In this document: positions 1 through 9,150 of the stretch, one piece after another
How the letters are laid out: every line of letters begins with the position of its first letter
Numbering within the stretch: the stretch's first letter is position 1
Assembly: GCA_008012175.1 (NCBI GenBank)
Contig: SSEF01000001.1
Coordinates: forward strand, 25,061 to 89,060
Length of the DNA: 64,000 nt
Direction: 5' to 3'
Source: Candidatus Moraniibacteriota bacterium
GTDB lineage: Bacteria > Patescibacteriota > Minisyncoccia > Moranbacterales > UBA1568
Notes under the pieces: model-generated
The model's database searches: none
Seen by the model: the letters and a program-made list of their open reading frames with translations, nothing else
Told to the model about the DNA's origin: nothing
Program-made: the position numbers and the translations under genes

Positions 1-348
1 GACGAGCTCATCGAGAAGTGTGCGCCGGAGTGGCCGCTCGAACAGGTGACTGTGGTCGACCGCAATATCCTCCGGCTTGGCATCGCCGAACTCATGTTCG
101 GGAACTACGAAGAGGTTCCGCCAAAAGTCGCAATCAATGAGGCAATCGAACTCGGCAAGAGCTTCGGGAGTGATGCGACGGCGCGTTTCGTCAACGGCGT
201 TCTCGGCAGTATCTACCGGGAGATGGGCGAGCCGATGAAGGATGATACGAGCGAAAAGCACAGGGCTCTGCGCGAGAAACGCGAAACCATAGCCGAAGAG
301 CCTGCGCCGGAAAAGAAACCAAAAAAGACAGTGAAGAAAAGTGCCTAG
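1..348 (+). CDS. nusB: Transcription antitermination factor NusB, 5'-truncated by the window edge, with a Lys/Glu-rich C-terminal tail
   Basis: Frame-1 translation from base 1 ([33 protein letters not shown]...ARFVNGVLG) matches the NusB C-terminal core. Stop TAG at 346-348. The lysine-rich tail [11 protein letters not shown] is atypical. Confidence 0.8.
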   Translation, partial: DELIEKCAPEWPLEQVTVVDRNILRLGIAELMFGNYEEVPPKVAINEAIELGKSFGSDATARFVNGVLGSIYREMGEPMKDDTSEKHRALREKRETIAEEPAPEKKPKKTVKKSA

Positions 349-383
349 CGGCGCTTTTCTTCCATGCAGAGGACCTACCTATC

Positions 384-1082
384 GTGATTATGACATTCAA
401 TTCCCAGAAAATTTCCCAGGCGCTCGGCATCCGGATCGGGAATGCCGCCTTTTTTCAGGAGGCAATGACACATCGGTCTTACTTGAATGAGCATAAAAAT
501 CATCCAGTGCCGCATAATGAGCGGCTTGAATTTCTCGGCGATGCTGTCCTTGAGCTCGTCGTGACCGAGCGGCTCTATGCAGATTTTCCCGATCGGCCCG
601 AGGGCGAACTGACAGCCCTCCGAGCGGCGCTTGTGAATAGTGATATGCTTTCGAAAATCGGCCGTGATCTTGGGGTTGAGCCATTCCTTCTCATGAGCCG
701 TGGCGAGGCGAAGGATACGGGCCGGGCACGCGCCTTTCTCATCGCGAACGCCGTGGAAGCGATCATCGGCGCACTTTATCTTGACCAGGGATACGAAGCA
801 GCCAAGGTTTTTATCGAAGCGCGCGTTTTGACCCGTATCCAAGAAGTGCTCGATGCGAAACTTTACACCGATCCGAAGAGCCGGTTTCAGGAATTATCGC
901 AAGAGAAACTCGGGGTGACACCCCAGTACCGCGTACTTCGCGAATCGGGCCCCGACCATGACCGTCGCTTTATTGCCGGTGTCTTTATCGGTGATGAGCT
1001 CATCGCCGAGGGGGAAGGACTCTCCAAGCAGGATGCGCAGCGGGGCGCCGCCAAGGAAGCGCTCGTGAAAAAGGGCTGGTAG
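384..1082 (+). CDS. rnc: Ribonuclease III
   Basis: RNase III signature HRSY...NERLEFLGDAVLELVVTERLY plus a C-terminal dsRBD-like region (SRFQELSQEKLGVTPQYRVL...). GTG at 384; an alternative ATG at 390. Confidence 0.9.
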   Translation: MIMTFNSQKISQALGIRIGNAAFFQEAMTHRSYLNEHKNHPVPHNERLEFLGDAVLELVVTERLYADFPDRPEGELTALRAALVNSDMLSKIGRDLGVEPFLLMSRGEAKDTGRARAFLIANAVEAIIGALYLDQGYEAAKVFIEARVLTRIQEVLDAKLYTDPKSRFQELSQEKLGVTPQYRVLRESGPDHDRRFIAGVFIGDELIAEGEGLSKQDAQRGAAKEALVKKGW

Positions 1083-1110
1083 AGTTTTCTCGGAATTCCG
1101 GTTTTCATAA

Positions 1111-1138
1111 GGGGCAGAAAGCCTCTTTTTCTTTTATT
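1111..1138 (+). terminator. Weak intrinsic terminator after rnc (GGGGC-AGAAA-GCCUC then a U-rich tract)
   Basis: Short GC stem followed by TTTTTCTTTTATT directly downstream of the rnc stop. Confidence 0.35.
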
Positions 1139-1149
1139 CAGGGAGAGGT

Positions 1150-1155
1150 TATACT
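1150..1155 (+). promoter_or_regulatory. Candidate -10 element TATACT upstream of the smc-like gene
   Basis: GGTTATACTGG. The same TATACT(G) hexamer recurs upstream of several genes in this window. Confidence 0.3.
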
Positions 1156-1216
1156 GGAAGCATACGGAAGAATGGCTGGAATCGACCACTTTCTTTGTTG
1201 GTGTCTACTTTTCTGC

Positions 1217-3517
1217 ATGTATCTCAAGAAACTCGAATTGAACGGTTTCAAGTCTTTCGCCACGAAGACGGTTTTGGATTTTCTCCCGGATTGTGATATC
1301 GCGGCCGGTGGCAAATGTGGCATCACGGCGATCGTCGGACCGAACGGCTCAGGCAAATCGAATGTTGCTGACGCGATCCGGTGGGCGATCGGCGAACAGT
1401 CATCGAAGAATCTCCGCGGCAAGAAATCGGAAGACGTCATTTTTGCCGGCACCGAGGGGAAAGCACGTCTCGGTACGGCGGCTGTCACGCTCTATTTCGA
1501 CAATACCGACAAGCGCATCCCGATAGAGTTCTCGGAAGTCGCTGTCACCCGCAAGGTTCACCGGAGCGGTGAGAGCGAATACCTGATCAATGGTTCGCGC
1601 GTCCGGCTTCTCGATGTGGTCGACCTCCTTGCCAAGGCAGGTGTCGGCAAAGACAGCTACTGCGTGATTACTCAGGGCATGAGCGATGCAGTCCTGAATG
1701 CGACCCCATTGGAACGGCGAGCTATTTTCGAAGATGCGGCCGGAGTCAAGCAGTATCAGATCGAAAAGGAACGGGCGCTCCGAAAACTCGAAAGCACCCG
1801 GGAGAATCTCGTCCGCGTCGATTCGCTCGTCATCGAGATAGAACCACACCTGAAAAATCTCCGCCGCCAGGCCGAAAAGGCCTCGCAGGCAAAGGATATT
1901 GCTCTGAAGCTTCGCTCGAAGCAGGAGCTCCTCTATAGCTACCTGTGGCACGCGTTCAGTGAAGAGCGCGAGAGCCTTGTTTCACGGCGGAAAGCCATCG
2001 AGGAAGCGATCGCCAAGCTCGAAGCAGAGACAGTCCAGCTCGAGGAGCAGTCTCAGCGCGCGGCCAAAGCGATGGAGACGAATGATCGGGAGGAAGTGAT
2101 CGAAATTGAGATCGGAAAGCTCCGGGAAGAACTGAACGGGACCATTCGTGAGAAAAGCATTCTTGAGGGCCGCCGTGAGGCTGAAGTGGAAAAACAGAAA
2201 GAGCGCGAAGAGATCGAGACCATTCCGGTCGATCTGAACTTCGTTCAGGCACGACTCGAGGAAATTTCTACGCTCCAGGCTGAGCTCATCGACAAGCTCG
2301 CTCATGCGGAAAAGCTGGAAGATCTTCAGGATATCCGTGAGTTCGCGACCGTCGTCCGGCAGCGGATCGCCGATTTACGTACGCAGGCTGGCGAGGGGAG
2401 TGTGAAGATGAAGAAAGTCATGGCCCTATCGGATGCGGAACGTGAAGCCGCAGCGGCACGCATGGCTGAGATCGAATCAGGACTCGTCCGGCTCGAGGCA
2501 AGCGTACACGCGGCGGAAACGAATGTCGCCAGCAAGAGCGCGGAACTCGCAGCGGTCCGCGAAGCCGGTCGCGCGGAACGTGAAGCATATTTCAATGCCG
2601 AAAAGGAATTCCGCGAGAAAGAGCATCTCCTCCAGCGAAGGAAAGACGAATTGAATGACCTAAAGGTCGGACTGGCTCGTGTCGAGGTTCGCGAAGAGGA
2701 TCTGACCAATCTCGTGCGCGAAGAGCTGTCGGTCGCCCCTGAAACGCTTCAGTATGACGGGACCCTGGTTGAGCGTGAGCGGCTCGAGCGCGAAGTGGCG
2801 CGTCTCAAGGTGGAAGTCGAGCATGCCGGCACGATCGATCCGCTCATCGTGGACGAGTTTCAGGAGACCGAAAAGCGGTTTGTCTTCCTTTCGACGGAGT
2901 CTGAAGACTTGAAGAAGGCGATCCTATCACTCAAGGAAGTGATCAAGGAGATGGATGGCAAGATCGATGCTGCCTTCAAAGATGCTTTCAAGGAGATCGA
3001 CAAGCGCTTCGCCGAATACTTCAAGATCATATTCGGAGGTGGTAAAGCGAGCCTCGAAATCGTGAAGGTAAAGCTCCGCAAGCAATCTGATGAGACAGCA
3101 GAAGACGAGGATGAATCCGCCGATGCCGAAGTCGCACCGGAAGCCTATGAGGTCGGCATCGAGATCGCAGCCTGTCCACCGGGAAAGCGCATTCACAACC
3201 TCTCCATGCTGTCCGGCGGCGAGCGATCGCTCACGTCGCTCGCGCTCCTTTTCGCCATCATCTCCCATAATCCGCCGCCGTTTGCCGTTCTCGATGAGGT
3301 AGAGGCCGCGCTCGATGAGGCGAACTCGCGGCGCTTCTCGAAGATGCTTGCCGAGCTATCCGAGCACACCCAGTTCATCGCGATCACGCATAATCGCGAG
3401 ACGATGGCACAGGCAGGACTCCTCTACGGCGTGACTATGGCCAAAGATGGCGTCTCGAAACTCCTCTCCGTCCGGCTCGATCAGGTCGGCGAGGGCGGAA
3501 AAGTCGAAGAGAAATAG
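1217..3517 (+). CDS. smc: SMC-family chromosome segregation ATPase (short, about 767 aa, no recognisable hinge)
   Basis: N-terminus MYLKKLELNGFKSFA with Walker A GPNGSGKSN. Long Glu/Arg/Ala coiled-coil region. C-terminal SMC signature LSGGERSLTSLALLFAI...FAVLDEVEAALDEANSRRF...FIAITHNRETM. The ORF can also start at ATG 1172; 1217 matches the conserved SMC N-terminus better. Confidence 0.75.
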   Translation: MYLKKLELNGFKSFATKTVLDFLPDCDIAAGGKCGITAIVGPNGSGKSNVADAIRWAIGEQSSKNLRGKKSEDVIFAGTEGKARLGTAAVTLYFDNTDKRIPIEFSEVAVTRKVHRSGESEYLINGSRVRLLDVVDLLAKAGVGKDSYCVITQGMSDAVLNATPLERRAIFEDAAGVKQYQIEKERALRKLESTRENLVRVDSLVIEIEPHLKNLRRQAEKASQAKDIALKLRSKQELLYSYLWHAFSEERESLVSRRKAIEEAIAKLEAETVQLEEQSQRAAKAMETNDREEVIEIEIGKLREELNGTIREKSILEGRREAEVEKQKEREEIETIPVDLNFVQARLEEISTLQAELIDKLAHAEKLEDLQDIREFATVVRQRIADLRTQAGEGSVKMKKVMALSDAEREAAAARMAEIESGLVRLEASVHAAETNVASKSAELAAVREAGRAEREAYFNAEKEFREKEHLLQRRKDELNDLKVGLARVEVREEDLTNLVREELSVAPETLQYDGTLVERERLEREVARLKVEVEHAGTIDPLIVDEFQETEKRFVFLSTESEDLKKAILSLKEVIKEMDGKIDAAFKDAFKEIDKRFAEYFKIIFGGGKASLEIVKVKLRKQSDETAEDEDESADAEVAPEAYEVGIEIAACPPGKRIHNLSMLSGGERSLTSLALLFAIISHNPPPFAVLDEVEAALDEANSRRFSKMLAELSEHTQFIAITHNRETMAQAGLLYGVTMAKDGVSKLLSVRLDQVGEGGKVEEK

Positions 3518-3518
3518 C

Positions 3519-4016
3519 ATGTGGATACTTGAGGGAAAGGAACGATCTGAAGCCGAGGCATATATCCGCGAGGCTGCATCTTGCGCTCGGTATTCCGGTT
3601 GCGATGATGCGCGTTGCGGAGCGGTGATTGTCCGGAACGGTGAGATCATCGGCCGTGGATTCAATGCGCCGCCAGCGGGGAGCTCCACCAAGCGTTGTCA
3701 CGTGCCCAAGACCAGGTACCATGCCAAGGTGACCGACAAGACCTGCTGCATCCACGCTGAGGTGCGGGCGATCCATGATGCGCTCCGATCGAGCCCTGAT
3801 CGGCTCCTGGGGTCGGATCTTTACTTCGTCCGAGTCGACGAATACGGCGAACCGAAGCGCTCTGGCGCTCCCTATTGCACGCTCTGCAGCAAGCTCTCTC
3901 TCGATGTCGGCATCGCGGCGTTCCATCTCTTCCAAGAGGAGGGAATCGTCGGATACCCAGCTGACGAATACAATGAACGCTCATTCGCCTACACGGACTA
4001 TCCGATCGCCCGTTGA
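3519..4016 (+). CDS. Cytidine/deoxycytidylate deaminase family zinc-binding protein
   Basis: CIHAEVRAI (H-A-E zinc motif) and PYCTLCSK (PCxxC) typical of the CDA fold. ATG at 3519 lies 1 nt after the smc stop. Confidence 0.7.
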   Translation: MWILEGKERSEAEAYIREAASCARYSGCDDARCGAVIVRNGEIIGRGFNAPPAGSSTKRCHVPKTRYHAKVTDKTCCIHAEVRAIHDALRSSPDRLLGSDLYFVRVDEYGEPKRSGAPYCTLCSKLSLDVGIAAFHLFQEEGIVGYPADEYNERSFAYTDYPIAR

Positions 4017-4082
4017 CAGGGAATGGGAATCAGGCTAGAATGGCCTTCGTATATCGCTTTTTACGCTTTTTTAGGGAAAATT

Positions 4083-4439
4083 ATGCTCGTCATCCGCCTC
4101 AACCGCTTCGGCAAACGCAATCAGGCCCAGTTCCGGGTCGTCCTCCAGGAGAAGACCAAGGCTCCGGGACATCGTCATGTCGAAATGCTCGGCAGCCACA
4201 ACCCACACTCCAAGGTCACGATCCTGAAGAAGGACCGTATCCTGCACTGGATCGGCCAGGGTGCCCAGCCGTCTGATCGGGTGCATAATATGCTCGTAAA
4301 AGAGGGTGTCATCGAGGGAAAGGTCATCCCGAAGAAGATGCCCCGCCCGGTGAAGAAAGAGGAAGAGGCTCCGAAGCCCGAGGAAACGCCCGCTCCAGCT
4401 GCAGAAGTCGCTTCGACAGAAGCTCCGAAGGCAGAGTGA
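4083..4439 (+). CDS. rpsP: 30S ribosomal protein S16 with a Lys/Glu/Pro/Ala-rich C-terminal extension
   Basis: MLVIRLNRFGKRNQAQFRVVLQEKTKAPGHRHVEMLGSHNP matches the S16 family. Tail KKEEEAPKPEETPAPAAEVASTEAPKAE is low-complexity. Confidence 0.85.
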   Translation: MLVIRLNRFGKRNQAQFRVVLQEKTKAPGHRHVEMLGSHNPHSKVTILKKDRILHWIGQGAQPSDRVHNMLVKEGVIEGKVIPKKMPRPVKKEEEAPKPEETPAPAAEVASTEAPKAE

Positions 4440-4440
4440 T

Positions 4441-4633
4441 CGGGGGTTGACGAGGACTCGTTTTCCGTATAGGATGGCACTACAACTGAATACTCCAGAG
4501 ACCTATGGTGCTGTCCGTATCGATTCTGATGTCGGCAGGTAAACCCCTAGCAGGAACACGTCACGGTTTTTTTGGCTGTTCGGTCTCCTGGAAGGGAGGT
4601 TTTTTTGTTTCTTTGCAGTTTACATAATCCAAT
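4441..4633 (+). promoter_or_regulatory. rplJ upstream leader region (possible L10 autoregulatory leader with promoter-like TTGACG and internal U-tracts)
   Basis: A 193-nt untranslated gap directly upstream of rplJ containing TTGACG, hairpin-prone segments and two T7 runs. Classic L10 leaders occupy this position. No structure was computed. Confidence 0.3.
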
Positions 4634-5161
4634 ATGCAGCAGAATAAATCACAGAAGACCGCTCTGGTTGCCGAGGTCGCAGCCAAGGCGAAGGAATCGA
4701 AGGCGCTCGTCTTCGCAAACTTCAAGGGTGTTTCCGTGAAGGACATCACGGCCCTTCGTCGGAGTCTCCGCGAGACGGGATCGAGCTGGCAGGTTCTGAA
4801 GAAGACCCTCCTCAGTCGTGCGCTCGGCGAGGTCGGTGTGAAGGTGGACGCGCGTGGACTCGACGGCCAGATCGGTGTCGCATTCTCGAGCGACGAGGTT
4901 GCCGCCGCCAAAACAATCGCTGATTTTCTCAAGGCGAATAAGGAATCGACACTTTCGATCGTCGGGGGATCGCTCGGTTCCGAGGCGCTCTCGGTGGAAG
5001 CAGTGAAGGCGCTCGCCAAGCTCCCATCGCGAGACGAGCTCCGGGCTCAGCTTGTCGGGACGCTTCAGGCACCGGTGAGCGGATTCGTCCGGACACTCTC
5101 GGGCAATCTCGCTGGTTTGGTCCGAGTGCTCGGTGCAGTGCGCGATAGCAAGGGTGTCTAA
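4634..5161 (+). CDS. rplJ: 50S ribosomal protein L10
   Basis: MQQNKSQKTALVAEVAAKAKESKALVFANFKGVSVKDITALRRSLRETG matches the L10 family. Followed by rplL. Confidence 0.9.
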   Translation: MQQNKSQKTALVAEVAAKAKESKALVFANFKGVSVKDITALRRSLRETGSSWQVLKKTLLSRALGEVGVKVDARGLDGQIGVAFSSDEVAAAKTIADFLKANKESTLSIVGGSLGSEALSVEAVKALAKLPSRDELRAQLVGTLQAPVSGFVRTLSGNLAGLVRVLGAVRDSKGV

Positions 5162-5191
5162 TCAATTTGTAATCATATAATTAGTACGCAT

Positions 5192-5599
5192 ATGTCAGAG
5201 GAAAAGAAGGAAGTCGTTGTGCCGGAGAAGTTCGAGAAGCTCGTTGCCGAGATCGAGAAGATGAGCGTACTTGACCTGTCTGAGCTCGTGAAAGTGCTCG
5301 AGGACAAGTTCGGCGTTTCGGCTGCTGCTCCGATGATGATGGGTGCGATGCCGGCCGCCGCTGGTGCTGCTGAGGCGGCTGAGGAGAAGACTGACTTTGA
5401 TGTCGAGCTCACCGCCGCTGGTGCTCAGAAGATCAACGTGATCAAGGCGGTCCGTGAGGTGACAGGTCTCGGTCTTAAGGAGGCGAAAGATCTCGTCGAT
5501 GGCGCACCGAAGGTCATCAAGGAGAAGGTCGCCAAGGCGGATGCCGAAGCGATGAAGAAGAAGCTCGAGGAAGCCGGTGCGACCGTGAACCTCAAGTAA
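5192..5599 (+). CDS. rplL: 50S ribosomal protein L7/L12
   Basis: Ala-rich flexible hinge ([22 protein letters not shown]) and C-terminal domain [29 protein letters not shown]. Confidence 0.95.
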   Translation: MSEEKKEVVVPEKFEKLVAEIEKMSVLDLSELVKVLEDKFGVSAAAPMMMGAMPAAAGAAEAAEEKTDFDVELTAAGAQKINVIKAVREVTGLGLKEAKDLVDGAPKVIKEKVAKADAEAMKKKLEEAGATVNLK

Positions 5600-5620
5600 T
5601 CTCAGTTTTCCAGAGATTTC

Positions 5621-5650
5621 AAAAAGACCCCGAAAGGGGTCTTTTGTTTA
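5621..5650 (+). terminator. Intrinsic terminator of rplL (GACCCC-GAAA-GGGGTC followed by TTTTGTTT)
   Basis: Perfect 6-bp GC stem with GAAA tetraloop and a U-tract 25 nt after the rplL stop. Confidence 0.8.
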
Positions 5651-5676
5651 TCTTAAAAATCAAGATCAAATTTTTA

Positions 5677-5707
5677 GGGCCACCTTGAGAGATCTCAAAG
5701 TGGCCCC
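5677..5707. terminator. 31-bp near-perfect palindrome centred on AGATCT between convergent genes; probable terminator hairpin for the minus-strand gene
   Basis: GGGCCACCTTGAGAGATCTCAAAGTGGCCCC; arms GGGCCAC/GTGGCCC and TTGAGA/TCTCAA. Confidence 0.5.
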
Positions 5708-5728
5708 TTGTTCGTGATGCTCAGCTCA

Positions 5729-6088
5729 TCAGGCGGTTTGCTGAGGCACCTTGTCTTCGGATACGACCGGGCTCTTCATCCTCCTTTCGTGTCTGCTCAG
5801 TAGTAGAGCAAACGGAGTGACAGAAAGGAAGGCTGCATAAATCGCAACCATCACGGGAAGGATGAAGGTGGCGAACTTCGCTGCCACGAGCGGAAGACCG
5901 ATGGCCAATATGGCCAGTGCCGGCCTATTGCCAAGGTCTGGGAAGAATGGGTTCAGGATATGTCCCCATACCCAGTCCATCCCGATGTGGGTCAGTAGGC
6001 CGACGAAGCAGAACGTGCAGCCCATCGTCGTCATCCCGAAGCATGAAAGGAAAACGGCCCACCAGCTATCGGGCTTTCTCTTTTGCAT
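5729..6088 (-). CDS. Small integral membrane protein (hypothetical, 3-4 predicted TM helices)
   Basis: Start chosen at MQKRKPDSWWAVFL (ATG at 6088) because GGAGG sits 7 nt upstream; the longer ORF to 6268 has no RBS. Hydrophobic throughout. Confidence 0.5.
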   Translation of the reverse strand: MQKRKPDSWWAVFLSCFGMTTMGCTFCFVGLLTHIGMDWVWGHILNPFFPDLGNRPALAILAIGLPLVAAKFATFILPVMVAIYAAFLSVTPFALLLSRHERRMKSPVVSEDKVPQQTA

Positions 6089-6326
6089 GGACGTTTTACC
6101 TCCAGAAATGGCCCTATAGATAGGCCGGTTAAAGAACTGGTTGACGGAGATCGCCAACATGAAAATATAGCATATTTTTAATGTAATGTCAATTGGGTCA
6201 AGCAACGCCTGAAAGGAGGCCTGTTTTTTGACAAAACACAGGAGAGGAGTAGGATGGCAAAGTATCAATTTTTGGCCTGGACAAGGCTTCTTTTGTTTGC
6301 AAAAAACCCAATAATTTTCTTAGCGT

Positions 6327-8417
6327 ATGTCGCTCGAAGTTGTGCTGGCAGTCCTCCTCCTCATGCTCATTTCTATCGGGACGTATTTTGTTGCGGGCCG
6401 GCTCAAGGTCCCGTATACAGTGTTGCTTGTCATCGTGGGCTCCATCCTGGTCCCGCTCTCGGACTTCCCATTCTTCCAGTTCATCAAGAGTTTTCAGCTG
6501 ACGCCGGAGCTCCTCTTCTTCGTCTTTCTCCCGGTGCTCATCTTCGAGTCGGCGTACAACATGAATATGCGCGAGATGGCGGAGAATATACGCTCTATCT
6601 CATGGCTTTCCGTGGTGAGCCTCATCGTGTCAGCTTTTTTTGTTGCCTTCGCCCTGTTCTGGGGGCTCAAACTGATCGGATTTCCCGTGCCTTTTATGGC
6701 GACCCTCATCTTCGGCGCCCTCATCTCGGCAACGGATCCGGTCGCCGTCCTCGCGCTCTTCAAGGAATTTGGAGTACCGCGACGTCTCTCGCTTATTTTT
6801 GAGGGCGAGAGTCTCTTCAATGACGGCACCTCCTTAGCGCTCTTCCTCATCGTCCTCGAAGTAGCGCTAGCTGGATTCTCCGGGCTTTCAAGTCTGCTCG
6901 AGGGAACTTTCATGTTTACGACTATGGTCGCGGGTGGTGTCGCCTTCGGACTTTTCATGGGATTCGTTTTCGCCAAGCTCATTGGCAAGGTGAAGGACAA
7001 TGAGCATATCGAGATCACGCTGACGATGCTCGTGGCGCACCTCACCTTCATTCTCTCTGAGCTTCTCTCACATCATCTCGTCCTCTTCGGGCAGGAGATA
7101 AAATTTTCCTCCATCATCGCGACGGTCATGGCCTCGATGGTTATCGGGAACTATGGCCGCTTCAAGATCTCTCCGCGCGTTGAGGAGTATATGGAGAAAT
7201 TCTGGGGCTACTTCGCCTTCGTAGCAAACTCGCTCGTGTTCATACTCATGGGGCTCCTTTTTGCCGATCTCCCAATCCGATTTGATCATTTCCTCGTCCC
7301 GATGCTGGTAACTGTCGTCATCGTGATGGTCGGCCGGGCGCTCTCGATCTACCCGGTGGTGGCGATCGTGAATCGTCTGAAAAAAGAAAAGCCTATTCCG
7401 ATGTCTTGGCAGCACCTCCTCGCCTGGGGGAGTCTCCGCGGTGCACTCGCGGTTACTATGGTGCTCCTTATTCCGGATACGCTGACTCTTCCGGGCTGGA
7501 ACTATGATTTTACTGTGAAGGAATTCATCGCGGCGATCACGATCGGCTGCATCTACTTTACGTTGTGCATCAAGGCGACCTCGATCGGGACGATGATAAA
7601 AAGGATGAAGCTGTCTGATCTGACGCCGCTTGAAACAGTGGAATACCATGAGTGTTCAGCGCTCATCTATCAGGAGGCGCTCGAGAAGCTAGAAGATTTT
7701 CATGCGAAGGGCTATGTGAAGAGCGATGTCTTCGAACGGCTGAAGAGTGAGTACGCTGAGCGCTATGAGAAATCAGTCGCTTCCTGTAGGGCGCTCTTTG
7801 CGGCCACTCCGGCCGACATGGGCCGGGCGCTTCAGATGTACGCGCTCGGTATGGAAAAGCGCTTCCTAAAAGAGCTTTATGTCTATCAAGAGATCTCGGA
7901 GTCGGAGTACAAGGAGATCCTGAATAAGATCGCTATTCAGACTAATCGCGTTGAAGAAGGCGAAGAGCAGCTTGTTCACCACGCGGAGCGTTTCCATCAG
8001 GATTGGTTTGAGAGGCTTATTGCTTGGTTTCGAGAGAAGTTCTGTACCAGGCCGGCGAAGCAGGAACTCCTTGAAGAATACCGGTACTATAGGGCGCAGG
8101 AAGTGGTTCTCGCCAAAGTGCTGCGCCGCCTAAAGTCAATTGCCGAACGTTTTCCTGGCCTCTACGGAGACGATGCCTCAATTCGTTCGGTTACTACCCT
8201 CTACGAGGGATTGCGGGCTGATGCCGGCCAAAAACGTGACGGTGTGGCGGCTCAAATCGGAACGGAACTCATCTATCTAAACGAATCGTTCGGACGCTAT
8301 GCGCTCTTCAAGACGGAAGAGCGGATGCTTGAGGAGCTTCTGGAGAATGCGATGCTGCCACGCAAAGTAGCAAATATGCTCTATAATGAGCTGAGAGATG
8401 AGGCATATTCGATCTAA
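6327..8417 (+). CDS. Monovalent cation:proton antiporter, CPA1 family (NhaP-type) with a long cytoplasmic C-terminal domain
   Basis: About 12 TM helices; motifs FLPVLIFESAYNMN, ISATDPVAV and FEGESLFNDGTSLALF typical of NhaP/NHE-type exchangers. Confidence 0.85.
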   Translation: MSLEVVLAVLLLMLISIGTYFVAGRLKVPYTVLLVIVGSILVPLSDFPFFQFIKSFQLTPELLFFVFLPVLIFESAYNMNMREMAENIRSISWLSVVSLIVSAFFVAFALFWGLKLIGFPVPFMATLIFGALISATDPVAVLALFKEFGVPRRLSLIFEGESLFNDGTSLALFLIVLEVALAGFSGLSSLLEGTFMFTTMVAGGVAFGLFMGFVFAKLIGKVKDNEHIEITLTMLVAHLTFILSELLSHHLVLFGQEIKFSSIIATVMASMVIGNYGRFKISPRVEEYMEKFWGYFAFVANSLVFILMGLLFADLPIRFDHFLVPMLVTVVIVMVGRALSIYPVVAIVNRLKKEKPIPMSWQHLLAWGSLRGALAVTMVLLIPDTLTLPGWNYDFTVKEFIAAITIGCIYFTLCIKATSIGTMIKRMKLSDLTPLETVEYHECSALIYQEALEKLEDFHAKGYVKSDVFERLKSEYAERYEKSVASCRALFAATPADMGRALQMYALGMEKRFLKELYVYQEISESEYKEILNKIAIQTNRVEEGEEQLVHHAERFHQDWFERLIAWFREKFCTRPAKQELLEEYRYYRAQEVVLAKVLRRLKSIAERFPGLYGDDASIRSVTTLYEGLRADAGQKRDGVAAQIGTELIYLNESFGRYALFKTEERMLEELLENAMLPRKVANMLYNELRDEAYSI

Positions 8418-8433
8418 GTATCACGATTAATTT

Positions 8434-9069
8434 ATGGAATTCTTCGGTATCGACATGGTGCAGGCGATCAAGACGGTTGGATATGTCGGACTCTTCGGTA
8501 TTGTATTCGCGGAAACAGGGCTCTTCCTCGGGTTTTTCTTTCCGGGTGACAGTCTCCTCTTCGTTGCGGGAGTGCTCGCGGCTCAGGGATTTTTCTCGCT
8601 CCCCATCCTTTTAATTATCCTCTTTATTGCGGCCTTCACTGGCAACATGGTTGGATATTGGTTCGGTGCTTTTGTTGGGCCAAAAATCTTTACTCGTGAG
8701 GACTCGCTTCTTTTCCGACGGTCGCATATCCTGAAGGCGCAGGCATTTTACGAACGCTATGGCGGCAAGACAATTGTCTTGGCGCGTTTCATCCCGATCG
8801 TCAGGACCTTCGCGCCAATCGTTGCTGGCGTGGCACGGATGCATTATGGAACGTTTGCCTTCTTTAATTTTATTGGAGCCTTGCTCTGGTCGGTCGGATT
8901 GACGACGGCAGCGTACTATCTCGGCAGTCTGATCGAGGATATCGACCGCTACCTTTTGCCGATCATAGTGCTCATTATTTTCCTGTCGGTTTTGCCGGGC
9001 ATCTTTGAATACTGGCGTGATCGGAGAGAAGCCAAGGCGAACGGCGAGTCGGCCATGGACAAAAGATAG
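8434..9069 (+). CDS. DedA/VTT-domain (SNARE-associated) membrane protein
   Basis: FFPGDSLLFVAG...YERYGGKTIVLARFIPIVRTFAPIVAG is the DedA family signature. Confidence 0.85.
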   Translation: MEFFGIDMVQAIKTVGYVGLFGIVFAETGLFLGFFFPGDSLLFVAGVLAAQGFFSLPILLIILFIAAFTGNMVGYWFGAFVGPKIFTREDSLLFRRSHILKAQAFYERYGGKTIVLARFIPIVRTFAPIVAGVARMHYGTFAFFNFIGALLWSVGLTTAAYYLGSLIEDIDRYLLPIIVLIIFLSVLPGIFEYWRDRREAKANGESAMDKR

Positions 9070-9150
9070 ATCAAGGAGTATGCTAGCCGGGTGAAAAACC
9101 GGATGCTGCTGTTCTATTTTTTATTTTTCTGAACGAGAGAGACTTTCGCT

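Noticed and set aside
4441-4633. Possible SRP (4.5S) RNA in the rpsP-rplJ gap (GGUGCUGU... motif)
   Set aside because: Only the first 8 nt resemble the SRP RNA 5' end. The conserved domain IV GGAAGCAGCC motif and apical tetraloop context are absent. More parsimonious as the rplJ leader.
6254-6802. 182-aa ORF overlapping the 5' end of the NhaP antiporter gene in another frame
   Set aside because: Out of frame with the strongly supported antiporter CDS (6327-8417). Pro/Arg/Gly-rich translation typical of a high-GC off-frame. No start context.
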